NCBI GenBank assembly: GCA_965116025.1
Contig: OZ220480.1
Span: 928,001-992,000, forward strand
Origin: an uncultured candidatus Porisulfidus sp.
GTDB lineage: Bacteria; Pseudomonadota; Gammaproteobacteria; Poriferisulfidales; Poriferisulfidaceae
Direction of reading: 5' to 3'
DNA: 64,000 bases
Position 1 is the first letter of the stretch. Every line of letters starts with the position of its first letter. The notes under the pieces were generated by a model. That model was not told where the DNA came from, did not search any database, and was given only the letters and a program-made list of their open reading frames with translations. The translations under genes were made by a program, and so were the position numbers. Of the stretch, positions 10,702 through 23,228 are shown piece after piece.

Positions 10702-10719
10702 GTGTCAGAATGATGTAAT
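10702..10719 (+). promoter_or_regulatory. Putative Pho box upstream of phoB
   Basis: GTGTCAG-AATG-ATGTAAT resembles CTGTCAT-n4-CTGTCAT; about 30 bp before the phoB ATG. Confidence 0.55.
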
Positions 10720-10748
10720 ATTCCCCCCGCACACTGGCGCGGAACAGC

Positions 10749-11528
10749 ATGAGAACGCCTGTCGCCAAGATTCTTATCGTCGAGGACGAGCCCGCCATCC
10801 GCGAGATGGTGAGTTACGCCCTCCGGCAATCCGACTTCGATTTGCTGGAGGCGGAGAACGCGCTTCAAGCGTACGCGCTGATCGCCGCGCACAACCCGGA
10901 CCTGATTCTGCTGGACTGGATGTTGCCCGGGCAAAGCGGCCTGGAGGTGGCGCGTCGTTTGCGCAAGGACGAGCCAACGGCGGAGATCCCGATCATCATG
11001 CTGACCGCCCGCGGAGAGGAGGCGGATCGGGTGCGCGGACTGGAGTGCGGCGCGGACGATTACGTATCCAAGCCGTTCTCGCCGCGCGAGCTGACCGCCC
11101 GCATTCACGCCCTGCTGCGCCGCTCCGCGCCGCATGTAGCGAGTCCCGCTCTGCAACATGGAGCCATTCGGCTCGATTCGATCCGCCACGAGGTCTGGGT
11201 TGGCAAGAAACGGGCGGAGATGGGCCCCACGGAGTTTCGCCTCTTGCGCTTCCTGATGGCGCACCCCAATCGAGTGTACAGCCGCGTCCAGTTGCTGGAT
11301 CAGGTGTGGGGGCAGAATAGCTACATTGAGGAGCGGACCATCGACGTGCATATCCTGCGCTTGCGCAAGGCGCTAGGCAAGAAGGCGGCCGGCCATATCC
11401 GCACCGTCCACAGCACGGGCTACCAGTTCCATACCGAGTTGCCCCCGAAGAGCAAGAAGAAAGCCAACAAGGCCGAGAAGCCAAAAAAGCCGGAAAAGCC
11501 CAAAAAATCCAAGCGGCGCGCCGCCTGA
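10749..11528 (+). CDS. phoB: Phosphate regulon response regulator PhoB with Lys-rich C-terminal tail
   Basis: ILIVEDE, LLDWMLPG, GADDYVSKPFS, MGPTEFRLL, ERTIDVHI.RLRKAL. Confidence 0.93.
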   Translation: MRTPVAKILIVEDEPAIREMVSYALRQSDFDLLEAENALQAYALIAAHNPDLILLDWMLPGQSGLEVARRLRKDEPTAEIPIIMLTARGEEADRVRGLECGADDYVSKPFSPRELTARIHALLRRSAPHVASPALQHGAIRLDSIRHEVWVGKKRAEMGPTEFRLLRFLMAHPNRVYSRVQLLDQVWGQNSYIEERTIDVHILRLRKALGKKAAGHIRTVHSTGYQFHTELPPKSKKKANKAEKPKKPEKPKKSKRRAA

Positions 11529-11537
11529 CGACTTCGC

Positions 11538-12839
11538 GTGTGGGGCTCTCCGCTTTCCCAGGAGGCCGCGCGCTTGGCGCTGCTGGCGGCAGTTCTCGCC
11601 GCGGTCGGCTTCCCTCTCGAGGTCCCGCTCCCGGCGCTGACTCTGGCGTTGCTCCTGTTTCTTTCGTGGCACGCTTGGCAGTGGCGCCAGGTGCGGAGCT
11701 GGGAGCGGCGTCTCCCGCGGGCGCCGGTCCCGCGCGGTCTGTCGCCGATCTGGAGCTTGTGGGCCGCCGACCTGGCGGACCGCCATCATCAGGCGGCCCA
11801 GGTTCGAAGGGAGATGGAGCGGCTTCAATGGAAGCTCGAGTCCTTGTCGGCCGCCTTGCCGGACGCGGCCGTCGCCGTGGATACGGACTTGCGGATCGAA
11901 TGGTTCAACGCCGCCGCCGAATCCTTGCTGGACTTGCGGGCGGACGACCAGGGCCGTCTGCTCGCGCACATGGTGCGCGTCCCGGAGCTGGCGCGCTATC
12001 TGCGGGAAGGGGATTACGCGTTGCCGCTCAACCTGGAATCGTTCGCGGGAGTCTCGCACCCGGTGAGCGTGCAGGTCTCGCCGTTTGGTGGACGCGCCCG
12101 GCTGATCACGTTCCGGGATCTGACCCAGGAGATCCGCATGAACCGGTTGCGCCAGGAATTCGTCGCCAACGTGTCGCACGAGATCAAGAGCCCCCTGACC
12201 GTGGTTGCCGGCTATCTCGAGACCATCGAGGATCACGCGGGCCAGCCCCCGGAGCGGTCGATTCTCCGCGAGATGTCCCGCCAGTGTCAGCGCATGCGCG
12301 GCTTGGTGGACGACCTGCTGGAGCTGTCCCGGCTAGAGGCCAGCGAGCTGAAGGACCGAGATTTGCAGGACGTGGATCTGGCCGCGCTGGCGCAGGAGGT
12401 TCGGCGCGAGGCGCAGGCGCTGACCTCGGAGGCCCAGCACGAGATTCAGGTGGAAGGCGCGCCTGGCGTCAAGGTCCGAGGGCGCCCGGAGGAGCTGCAC
12501 AGCGCCCTGTTCAACCTGGTCAGCAACGCGTTGCGCTACTCGCCGGACGGAGGAGAGATCGTCATTGGGTGGCAACGCAAGGACGACCGGGTGCGCCTGT
12601 CGGTGACCGACCATGGAGTCGGCATTCGGAGGGAGCACATCGCCCGGCTGGCCGAGCGTTTCTACCGAGTGGACAAGGCGCGCTCCCGCGGCACTGGAGG
12701 CACGGGGCTCGGGCTGGCTATCGTGAAGCACATTCTGCAGCGCCATGGCGGGCGGTTGCAGATCGACAGCGCCTGGGGCGAGGGGAGCGTGTTCACGTGC
12801 GTGTTTCCGCTTCCCGCGCCGCGTCGCGATGGACGCTAG
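11538..12839 (+). CDS. phoR: Phosphate regulon sensor kinase PhoR
   Basis: TM, PAS, FVANVSHE, NLVSNA, FYRVDKARSR.TGGTGLGL. Confidence 0.93.
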   Translation: MWGSPLSQEAARLALLAAVLAAVGFPLEVPLPALTLALLLFLSWHAWQWRQVRSWERRLPRAPVPRGLSPIWSLWAADLADRHHQAAQVRREMERLQWKLESLSAALPDAAVAVDTDLRIEWFNAAAESLLDLRADDQGRLLAHMVRVPELARYLREGDYALPLNLESFAGVSHPVSVQVSPFGGRARLITFRDLTQEIRMNRLRQEFVANVSHEIKSPLTVVAGYLETIEDHAGQPPERSILREMSRQCQRMRGLVDDLLELSRLEASELKDRDLQDVDLAALAQEVRREAQALTSEAQHEIQVEGAPGVKVRGRPEELHSALFNLVSNALRYSPDGGEIVIGWQRKDDRVRLSVTDHGVGIRREHIARLAERFYRVDKARSRGTGGTGLGLAIVKHILQRHGGRLQIDSAWGEGSVFTCVFPLPAPRRDGR

Positions 12840-12845
12840 CCGGAA

Positions 12846-13709
12846 TCAGCCGAAGCGGCCCGTGATGTAGTCCTCGGTCAGCTGGTGTTTCGGCGTGGTG
12901 AAGATGTCCTTGGTCGGGCCCACCTCGACCAGGTAGCCCAAGTGGAAGTAGGCGGTGCGCTGGGAGACGCGCGCGGCCTGCTGCATGGAGTGAGTGACGA
13001 TGGCGATGGAGAAGTTCTCGCGCAGCTCGCCGATCAGCTCCTCGACCTTGGCGGTGGCGATCGGGTCCAGCGCCGAGCACGGCTCGTCCATCAGGATCAC
13101 CTCGGGGCTGACCGCGATGGCGCGCGCGATGCATAGGCGCTGCTGCTGGCCGCCGGACAGGCCGGTGCCGGGCTGGTCCAGCCGGTCCTTGACCTCATCG
13201 AGCAGGCCCGCTCGCTCCAGCGAGGTGTGGACGATCTCCTCCAGGTCGGCGCGGTCGCGCGCCAGCCCGTGGATGCGGGGGCCGTAGGCGACGTTGTCGA
13301 AGATCGACTTCGGGAACGGGTTGGGCTTCTGGAAGACCATCCCGACCCGCGCGCGCAGCAGCACCGGGTCGACCTTGCGCGCGTAGATGTTCTTGCCGTC
13401 CATCTCGACCCGGCCTTCGACCCGGCAGCCGTCGATCGTGTCGTTCATCCGGTTCAGACAGCGTAGAAGCGTGGTCTTCCCGCAACCCGACGGGCCGATC
13501 ATGGCGACGACCGAGTTCGCCCCGATGTCGAGGTTCACGTTGAAGACCGCCTGCTTGGCGCCGTAGTGCACGTTGACGTCGCGGATCTTCATCCGGGGGT
13601 CTGGAACGGTGATGTCCCCGACCGTGGTCAGGTCTAGGTCGCGGCCGGGAGCGGCGGCCCCTTCGGATCGCTCCGGGATCGGCATGGCCAAGGTTTCGGT
13701 GGCGTCCAT
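12846..13709 (-). CDS. pstB: Phosphate ABC transporter ATPase
   Basis: [48 protein letters not shown]. Confidence 0.96.
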   Translation of the reverse strand: MDATETLAMPIPERSEGAAAPGRDLDLTTVGDITVPDPRMKIRDVNVHYGAKQAVFNVNLDIGANSVVAMIGPSGCGKTTLLRCLNRMNDTIDGCRVEGRVEMDGKNIYARKVDPVLLRARVGMVFQKPNPFPKSIFDNVAYGPRIHGLARDRADLEEIVHTSLERAGLLDEVKDRLDQPGTGLSGGQQQRLCIARAIAVSPEVILMDEPCSALDPIATAKVEELIGELRENFSIAIVTHSMQQAARVSQRTAYFHLGYLVEVGPTKDIFTTPKHQLTEDYITGRFG

Positions 13710-13748
13710 GGGATGTGCTCGGTGGATTATAGGGGACGGGAGGGCGGG

Positions 13749-15019
13749 TCAGAACCGCTTGGCGATCTTCTTGCGCAGGTAGACCGCGGTCGCGTTCATG
13801 GTGATCAGGAACGCGAGCAGCACCAGGATCGCGGCGGACGTGCGCTCGGTGAAGCCGCGCTCCGGGCTGTCCGACCACAGGAAGATCTGCACTGGCAGGG
13901 CCGTGGCCGGGTCCGTGAATCCGGCGGGAGGCTCGACGATGAAGGCGACCATGCCGATCATCAGCAGCGGCGCCGACTCGCCGAGCGCTTGCGCCATCCC
14001 GATGATCGTCCCGGTCAGCATGCCGGGCATGGCGATCGGCAGCACGTGGTGGAACATCGCCTGCATGCGCGAGGCGCCGATGCCGAGCGCCGCCTCCTTG
14101 ATCGAGGGGGGCACCGACTGGATGGCCGCGCGCGAGGCGATGATGATGGTGGGCAACGTCATCAGCGTCAGCACCAGTCCGCCGACGATGGGCGTGGAGC
14201 GCGGCATCCCGAACCAGTTGATGAAGATGGCGAGGCCGAGCAGGCCGAAGATGATCGAGGGGACGGCCGCGAGGTTGTTGATGTTAATCTCGATCAGGTC
14301 GATGAGGCGGTTGCGCGGCGCGAACTCCTCCAGATAGATCGCGGCGGCCACCCCGATCGGGAACGAGAGCAATAGGGTGACGATCAGAGTCAGGAACGAC
14401 CCCGTCAGGGCGCCGAGGATGCCGGCCTGCTCCGGCTCGCGGGAATCCCCCGCGGTGAAGAAGGTCGTGTTGAAGCGCCGCTCGATGAGGCCGGCCTCGC
14501 GCAGGTCGTCGACGTAGCCGATCATTCGATCATTGAGGCGCCGCTCGCTCTCGGGAAGGTCCCGGTCGATGTAGCCCTTCATGAGCATGTCGATGTCGTC
14601 GTCGGCGGCCAGCCACACGTTTCGCGTGGTCCCGATCAGGCCGGGATCGTCCAGCACCCGCTCGCGCAGGACGAACGCGCTCCCCCCGCTGATCATCCGC
14701 GCCAGCTCGCGGCGCCCGCTTCGCCCTTGAACCTCCGGGAAACGCGCGTAGACCGCGGTCTTGACCAGCTTCCAGTAATCGGCCGAGAACAGGGCCTGCG
14801 GGTCGCGCTCTCCGCCCGGATCGATGACCTGAGGGTCGAAATGGATCGGCAGCTCGATGTAGGTTTGGGTGAACGCCTTGTGGCCGTTGGCGATGATGCT
14901 GCCGAACAGCAGCAGCAGGAACGACATCCCCAAGAGAATGGCGACGATGCCGTAGATCTGGAACCGCTTCTCGGCCCGCTGTCTCCGGCCCAGTCCGGCG
15001 AGGATCCGGTCCGCGTGGC

Positions 15020-15023
<4 letters not shown>
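13749..15023 (-). CDS. pstA: Phosphate ABC transporter permease PstA (long N-terminal domain)
   Basis: AAIYLEEFA, NLAAVPSIIFG, GESAPL; ATG overlaps the pstC stop (ATGA). Confidence 0.93.
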
Positions 15024-16399
<1,376 letters not shown>

Positions 16400-16429
16400 C
16401 GGGGGGCGCCGAGGCTTTGGGGGAAGCCC

Positions 16430-16463
16430 ATTATTCCGGCGCCATGTGTCAGTTTGATTACAA
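16430..16463 (-). promoter_or_regulatory. Pho box and -10 element of the pstCAB promoter
   Basis: Minus strand TTGTAAT-CAAA-CTGACAC (16463-16446), then exactly 10 bp, then AATAAT (16435-16430): canonical PhoB promoter geometry. Confidence 0.8.
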
Positions 16464-16488
16464 CGGCGGGAGGGACGCCTCCCGGCGA

Positions 16489-16761
16489 TCAGGCCTCCGG
16501 GTCGGTGAACTCCCGAGGCTTCTCGGAGCCCTCCCCGAAGAAGTACTTCTCCATCTCGCCCTCCAGGAACTCCCGCGCCTTGGGGTCGATCGGGGTCAGG
16601 CGATACTCGTTGATCAGCATGGTCTGGTGGCGCAGCCAGCCAGCCCACGCCTCGGCCGACACCTCCTCGAAAATGCGCCGCCCGAGCGCTCCCGGGTAGG
16701 GCGCTCTCTCCAGGCCCTCGGCCTCGCGGCCGAGTTTCGCGCATTGGACCATGCGGGTCAT
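16489..16761 (-). CDS. yggX: Fe(II)-trafficking / oxidative damage protection protein
   Basis: C.KL.REAEGL...PYPG.LG.RI...[16 protein letters not shown]. Confidence 0.93.
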   Translation of the reverse strand: MTRMVQCAKLGREAEGLERAPYPGALGRRIFEEVSAEAWAGWLRHQTMLINEYRLTPIDPKAREFLEGEMEKYFFGEGSEKPREFTDPEA

Positions 16762-16846
16762 TTTCAGGGTCGCGCGTCTCGCGATCTCGCTGATTGGCGG
16801 AAAGACGGATTATAGAGCGCCCGAGAATCGCGCTCGGCTCGATTCC

Positions 16847-17686
16847 TCATTCGCATACCATGCCATCGCCGTCGCCATCGCGCATGAGCGGATACGCCTG
16901 GTGGCCGCGCGGCACCGGGGCGATGCCGTGGCGCCGCGCCTCGCGGCAAGTGATCCTCCCGTTCCCATCGTCGTCCCAAAGGCGCAGGGCCTCCACGTCT
17001 TCCGGAAGGCCCTCAGGACGAGCGGCCGGAGCCTTGGCCATGGATCGGCACTCCGGGCTTTCGATCTCGGCCGTGGCGCAGGAAGACAGGATGCGCTCCA
17101 GCGCGTCCGCCTCGCGCCGGTCCACGCTCAGGCCGTGCTTGAGGCGCACCGCGAGCACGCGGTGGGCGAACCAGCAGCGATTGCGGGCGGGCGTCCACCG
17201 GGACGCGTCGTAGGCGCGCTTCCGGTATCGGTTGAGGACCGGGTCCGCCAGCGTCAGGTTGAGGAGGTCGGAGCTGAATCTTTCCCGAACCGCGGCGCTC
17301 GCGCGGCACAGCCCGCTGTCGTGCGCTTCGGAGCGGGCCACGATATGCTCGATGTCGGTCTGCCGGACGCTGCCGAAGCACTGCCCCGTGTACGGGCTGT
17401 ATATCTTCCCGAGCTCCGCGACGATCTCGAGCTCGACCGAAGGGGGATAGGGGTAATCCTCGCCGCGATAGGGCGAGCAGCGGAATTCCGGCTCGACGAC
17501 GAGGCCGCGCCACGTCTCGGTCGAGGCGGCCGACGCCGGAAAGCCGGCGGCGAGGATCGCGCAAAAAGAGACTCGTCCCCACCATCGGGCGAGAACGCGA
17601 GGCGGCGCGGAGAACACGATCCGCGAGGGCGGAATCAGAAACGCCGGAGCGGGCGCGGGCCGGTCTCTTTGGAGCCCGGTTCCCAC
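16847..17686 (-). CDS. Putative secreted HNH/DUF1524-type nuclease with C-terminal Excalibur-like Ca-binding motif
   Basis: Signal-like AILAAGFPASAAS, DIEHIV...LNL...N..K HNH core, ends DGDGDGMVCE; true start probably downstream of 17686. Confidence 0.7.
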   Translation of the reverse strand: MGTGLQRDRPAPAPAFLIPPSRIVFSAPPRVLARWWGRVSFCAILAAGFPASAASTETWRGLVVEPEFRCSPYRGEDYPYPPSVELEIVAELGKIYSPYTGQCFGSVRQTDIEHIVARSEAHDSGLCRASAAVRERFSSDLLNLTLADPVLNRYRKRAYDASRWTPARNRCWFAHRVLAVRLKHGLSVDRREADALERILSSCATAEIESPECRSMAKAPAARPEGLPEDVEALRLWDDDGNGRITCREARRHGIAPVPRGHQAYPLMRDGDGDGMVCE

Positions 17687-17770
17687 GGAACCCTGACTCG
17701 AAGCGCGCCCGCCAACGCCGAGGTCCAGAAAATCGGAGGTCGCTCGGAGCCGCTCACGGCGGTGGTCTGG

Positions 17771-18643
17771 CTAGAAGTACCGCAGCAGCCGCATTCTCAG
17801 GCCGACCTCGTCGGCGTCCAGCTCGTGCGCGGACCGGACGCGCAGGTCTTCCGTGCCGTCCAGCTGCACCAAGGATTCCGAGCCGTATTCCATGTAATAC
17901 GTTTCCACCTGCAGGCCAATCCGCTCCGCTATTGGCGCGCGCATGCCCATCCCCAGAAGCCAGGCGGTGTAGTCTCGGTCGGTACGGACCTCGCTGGGCT
18001 CGAAGTCGCTCGCGCCGCAATATCCCCGCGCGGGAGACTGGAAGCAGCCGGTTCCGCCATTCACGTACTCGGCCTTGATCCGGCGCATGCCGGCCAGGAC
18101 GTACAGTCCGGCGTCGGGGCCGAACGCGGAGGTCAGCAAGTCCGGGCGCCCGCCGAGCCGGAACGTCACTCCGTAGCTGTAGTCCTTCTCGAAAGACCAG
18201 CGCTCCGTCCAGTTCTCCCCAACCTGCGGCCCGACCGAGAAGGCCGGAAGATCCGGGTCGTTCGCGTCGTTATGGGCCTTTCGCGCCGCGACGTCCTCGG
18301 TTCCCTGGATTCCGCCCCGCGCTTTTCCGCCGTGGTACGTCAGGTTGATCTCACCGCTCCAGAACATGTCCCCGAGGGAGCGCTGGTATCCGAGCGTCAG
18401 GCCGAACCCGCCGCCCGTCCGGGAGTTGGAGGAGCGCTCCGTGAAGGTTTTGCCCCGGGACAGGGTCATGTTTCCTTCGGGCGTGTTGTCGACGCTTTTG
18501 AAGGTCGAGACGTCCACCTTCTCCGCCGCCGCGGAGACGCCGAGATAGAGCCCCTCCTGCGCCGAGAGGGCGGTGGCCGGGACGCTGGCGGCCAGAAGAG
18601 CCGCGCAGGCCAGCGGGAGAGTCTCTCGGGTCAGGCTGCTCAT
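17771..18643 (-). CDS. Outer-membrane beta-barrel protein
   Basis: Signal peptide, GLYLG first strand, alternating amphipathic strands, C-terminal F. Confidence 0.7.
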   Translation of the reverse strand: MSSLTRETLPLACAALLAASVPATALSAQEGLYLGVSAAAEKVDVSTFKSVDNTPEGNMTLSRGKTFTERSSNSRTGGGFGLTLGYQRSLGDMFWSGEINLTYHGGKARGGIQGTEDVAARKAHNDANDPDLPAFSVGPQVGENWTERWSFEKDYSYGVTFRLGGRPDLLTSAFGPDAGLYVLAGMRRIKAEYVNGGTGCFQSPARGYCGASDFEPSEVRTDRDYTAWLLGMGMRAPIAERIGLQVETYYMEYGSESLVQLDGTEDLRVRSAHELDADEVGLRMRLLRYF

Positions 18644-18689
18644 CGTTTTCCGCCTTGGCGCTTTTGGATGGGCGTCGCGATGGCGAGGA

Positions 18690-19736
<1,047 letters not shown>

Positions 19737-19740
19737 GCCG

Positions 19741-21843
19741 TCAGAACAGGTCTTCCAGCAGTTTCCGCACGGCCTTCGCGCCCGTGTCGCCGATCTTCTC
19801 CTCGACTTTCTCCTCGATCTCGTCGGCGAGGGATCGCGCGCCCTCGTCCAGCTCCTCATCAATCCGCTCCTTCGCCAGCGTCGACATGTCCAGGGAGTGC
19901 GACAGGTCGTCGAAAGGCCCCTTGACGCGGACCGGAATCCGCAAACTCTCTCCGACTCGCGCGGTCAGCTGGTAGTCGATCCTCGAGCGCGGCAGATCGA
20001 TGTAGCCGCGCCCGTCCAGGGAGATCGAGCCCGCTTCCATCCGCAACTCGCGGCTGGTCAGGCGGCCGTCGTTGGCGTCCCAGCTCGCCCGCAGCAGATC
20101 GAACGGCAACGCGCCTCCAGGCGTGGTCTCGCTGGGGCGTTCCTGCAGCGCCGCGACGGCGGCCTCCACGGCCCGGGCGATCCCGCCGATTCGCACCGCG
20201 CCGTCGCGCGCCGCCAAGCTGACGAAGCCGGTGAGGGAAGGCCAGGCGGTGGCCAGGCGGCGCCCGCGCGCGTTCAGAGCCAAGTTCAGGTCGGCCGCGC
20301 CCTCAAGGGGAGCGCGGCCGCTCTCGCCCAGCGGAGCTAGAGCGCGGTCGAGGTCCAGCTGATCGACTTTCAGGTCCAACCGATATCTCGGGATTCCACC
20401 GGAGACGTCCAGCTCCGCTCCAGCCTGGAGCGCGCCGTCGCCAGCCCGTCCGTTCAGCTTATCGATTTCCCAGATTCCGCGCTCGGCGGTCAACTGGGCG
20501 CTCGCCTGGGTGAGATCAAGGCCTTGCCAGCGTAGTCGCTCCAGACGCAGCTTCGCCGCGATTCGCTGCCGTCGCAACCATTCGACGGGCAAGCCGTCCG
20601 TCGCCGCTTCGGCATCGCCGTCCACTCCGGTCGGGGAGTCCTGATCCCGCGGCAAGTATCGGTCCAGGTCAATCTCGCCCAGACGCAGGTCCAGCGCGAT
20701 CTGGGGCCGGTCGAAGTCCAGCAACGAGAAATCTCCCTGGATCGTGGTGGCGTCCAGCGTCGCGTCCAGCCCCGACAGCTGAACGCCGTTCGGGTGGATC
20801 TTGAGATCGCTTTCCCATTTCAGGAATCGCAGCGCGGTCGGATCTTCCAGCTTGGGCGCTTGGGCGCCCCACAGCTCGATCCAGCGCAGGACATCGATCC
20901 CCGTTCCCGCCGCGCGCCCGGTCAGCTCCGGCTTTTCGGAAAGAGACCTCGCCTCCAGCCGGTCGAACCGCAGGCTCGCTCCCTCGACGGTCGCGTCCGC
21001 TCCATCTAGGCGCAGGAAGTCGCGGGACGCGTCCCATTGGAAAGACCGCGCCTGGATCGCGGGGCTGACGCTCGCGAACGCGAACGCCGGCCCGGCCAGA
21101 TCCAGCTTCACGTCGAGGTCCTCGCCCGAGATTCTCTCCCCGCCCCCTTCAAGATCAAGGTCGGCGCTCATCTGGACTTGGGCGTTGATCCGGCTCTCGG
21201 CCTCCCCATCGAGCCAGGCCATCAGTTCGCCATCCAGCTGGGCTCGCGCGCTGGTGCCGAAGCCGATTCTTTCCAGGCGCAGGCTGAGATTCGACGCTCG
21301 CATGCGTCGATCGCGCGCCTCGTCCCAGATCGCGATGGTGGCGTCGCTCAGCCGGATTTCGGCCAAGTCGATCCCCGTGGCGTCGCCCGCGTCGCCCTCG
21401 GCTTCGGCCCGGTCTCCGGCCACGTCGCCGTCCAGCAGGCCGTCCCAGTTGGCGAGCCCGCTCGATTTTCGCCGCAATCTCAGCTGCAGTCCGTCGAGGC
21501 GGACGGAGTGAATTTCCAGATCGCCCATCAAAAGCGGAGCGATCCGCAAGTACGCCTCGACGCGCTTCGCGGTCAGCATGGGCTCTTGCCCGAACCCCGG
21601 CGGGTTGTCGAACGAGACATCGTGGATCTCGAACCCGACCAGCGGGGGGTCCAGGTGCAGCTCCAGCGCCCCCCCGATGGTGAACGCCCGGCCGGTCCGC
21701 TCCTCCACCAAGCCGATCAGATCGTCCCGATAATCGTCGGGCTCGAAGGTCATGACCAGATAGCCGACCGCCAGCAGGCCGGCGAGCGCCAGCGCCAGGA
21801 CGCCGAACGCGGCGTAACGAAGCGCCTTGAGCAGCGCGGCCAT
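19741..21843 (-). CDS. asmA: AsmA family protein
   Basis: N-terminal TM, TGR...I.G.L, NW..L, LDLDRYLP-like motifs; conserved position upstream of mutY. Confidence 0.85.
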   Translation of the reverse strand: MAALLKALRYAAFGVLALALAGLLAVGYLVMTFEPDDYRDDLIGLVEERTGRAFTIGGALELHLDPPLVGFEIHDVSFDNPPGFGQEPMLTAKRVEAYLRIAPLLMGDLEIHSVRLDGLQLRLRRKSSGLANWDGLLDGDVAGDRAEAEGDAGDATGIDLAEIRLSDATIAIWDEARDRRMRASNLSLRLERIGFGTSARAQLDGELMAWLDGEAESRINAQVQMSADLDLEGGGERISGEDLDVKLDLAGPAFAFASVSPAIQARSFQWDASRDFLRLDGADATVEGASLRFDRLEARSLSEKPELTGRAAGTGIDVLRWIELWGAQAPKLEDPTALRFLKWESDLKIHPNGVQLSGLDATLDATTIQGDFSLLDFDRPQIALDLRLGEIDLDRYLPRDQDSPTGVDGDAEAATDGLPVEWLRRQRIAAKLRLERLRWQGLDLTQASAQLTAERGIWEIDKLNGRAGDGALQAGAELDVSGGIPRYRLDLKVDQLDLDRALAPLGESGRAPLEGAADLNLALNARGRRLATAWPSLTGFVSLAARDGAVRIGGIARAVEAAVAALQERPSETTPGGALPFDLLRASWDANDGRLTSRELRMEAGSISLDGRGYIDLPRSRIDYQLTARVGESLRIPVRVKGPFDDLSHSLDMSTLAKERIDEELDEGARSLADEIEEKVEEKIGDTGAKAVRKLLEDLF

Positions 21844-22331
21844 CAGGAAGAGGCGGGCTCCCGCGTCCAGTCGCCCGAGCGCCCGCCGGACTTGCGCAGC
21901 AGCGCGACATCCTGGATGCGCATTCCCCGGTCGATGGCTTTGCACATGTCGTAGATGGTCAGCAGCGAGATCTGCACGGCCGTGAGGGCCTCCATCTCGA
22001 CCCCGGTGGGCCCGTGGGTCTCGCACCGGGCGAGGCAGCGGACGGCGGGCGGCTCGTCCTCCAGCTCGAGCTCCACCGCGGCATGGGTCAGGGACAGGGG
22101 ATGGCACAGCGGAACCAGGTCGGCGGTCCGCTTGGTGGCCATGATTCCGGCGACGCGCGCGATCCCGATCACGTCGCCCTTGCGGTGGCTTCCCGCCCGG
22201 ATTCTCTCCAGGGTCTCCGCCCGCATCAGGACGCGGCCCTCCGCCTCCGCCACGCGGCGCGTGGCTTCCTTGTCCGAGATGTCGACCATGCGGGCCTCGC
22301 CCTTGTCATTGAAATGGGTCAGATCCGCCAT
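21843..22331 (-). CDS. moaC: Cyclic pyranopterin monophosphate synthase
   Basis: LTHF...[39 protein letters not shown]. Confidence 0.97.
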   Translation of the reverse strand: MADLTHFNDKGEARMVDISDKEATRRVAEAEGRVLMRAETLERIRAGSHRKGDVIGIARVAGIMATKRTADLVPLCHPLSLTHAAVELELEDEPPAVRCLARCETHGPTGVEMEALTAVQISLLTIYDMCKAIDRGMRIQDVALLRKSGGRSGDWTREPASS

Positions 22332-22370
22332 GTGCAGAAAAACGCGACGACGCGACTTCTTATTGTATGC

Positions 22371-23228
22371 TCATGCCGTCTCGCCGTTCTTCCGCTGGAT
22401 CGCCGAGACCGGCACCGTGGTCGTCCCGTCTCGAGAGCGCGAGACGGGAGCGAGCGCGTGACCGTAGATCACCTCGTACGTCGCGCGCGCCCTCCCTTGA
22501 TCGTCGGTCGGATAAGCCTCGGCCAAGGCTCGCCATTGGCGGCGAGAGCAGAGACGCTCGGGAGGCGGTCCGACGCGGCTGGAGCCGATTCCGCGGAGCT
22601 CCCGGACCAACTCCTGGACCGAGGCGTAGGAGACGTCGAGTCGCTCGACATCCAGCACCGGGTCCTGGAAGCCTTCCTCCAGAAGCAGATCCCCGACCGG
22701 ATGCATGTCGGCGAATTCGTTGACTCCGCCCTCGATGCCAGCGGCGCGCTGCGCGGCGCGCAACTCGCGCAGGGTGTCCGGGCCGTACGTCGAGAACATC
22801 AGCAACCCGCCCGGGCGCGTCGCGCGGAGGATCTCCCGCAACGCGCCAGCCAGCGGCACGCACCATTGCAGGGTGGAGCTCGAGAAGACCAGATCGATCG
22901 ATCCAGGCGCGAGGGGCAACTGGAACGCGTCGGCCGTGATTGGGCTGCAGCCGGTTTCTCGTTTTCGACTCTGGCGCAGCATGGACCAGGAGAAATCCAC
23001 CGCGATGACGCGCGCTCGGGGATAGCGTTGGACCAGTTGGGCGGCGCCGTCCCCGGTTCCGGCGCCCAGGTCCAGAACGCGCTCGGGCTCCACTCGAATC
23101 AGGTCCAGCCGGTCGAGAAGACGCGAGGCGACCTCGCGCTGCACGCCCGCGAACCGGTCGTAGCGCGCCGCCGCCCGGTCGAATCTCCGGCGCAACCTGG
23201 CCTGGAGGGCGTGGTCGGCTTCGCTCAC
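22371..23228 (-). CDS. bioC: Malonyl-ACP O-methyltransferase
   Basis: F.RAA.RYD....QREV, LDLGAGTG, LQW, TL.EL, ATYEVIYG. Confidence 0.9.
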   Translation of the reverse strand: MSEADHALQARLRRRFDRAAARYDRFAGVQREVASRLLDRLDLIRVEPERVLDLGAGTGDGAAQLVQRYPRARVIAVDFSWSMLRQSRKRETGCSPITADAFQLPLAPGSIDLVFSSSTLQWCVPLAGALREILRATRPGGLLMFSTYGPDTLRELRAAQRAAGIEGGVNEFADMHPVGDLLLEEGFQDPVLDVERLDVSYASVQELVRELRGIGSSRVGPPPERLCSRRQWRALAEAYPTDDQGRARATYEVIYGHALAPVSRSRDGTTTVPVSAIQRKNGETA

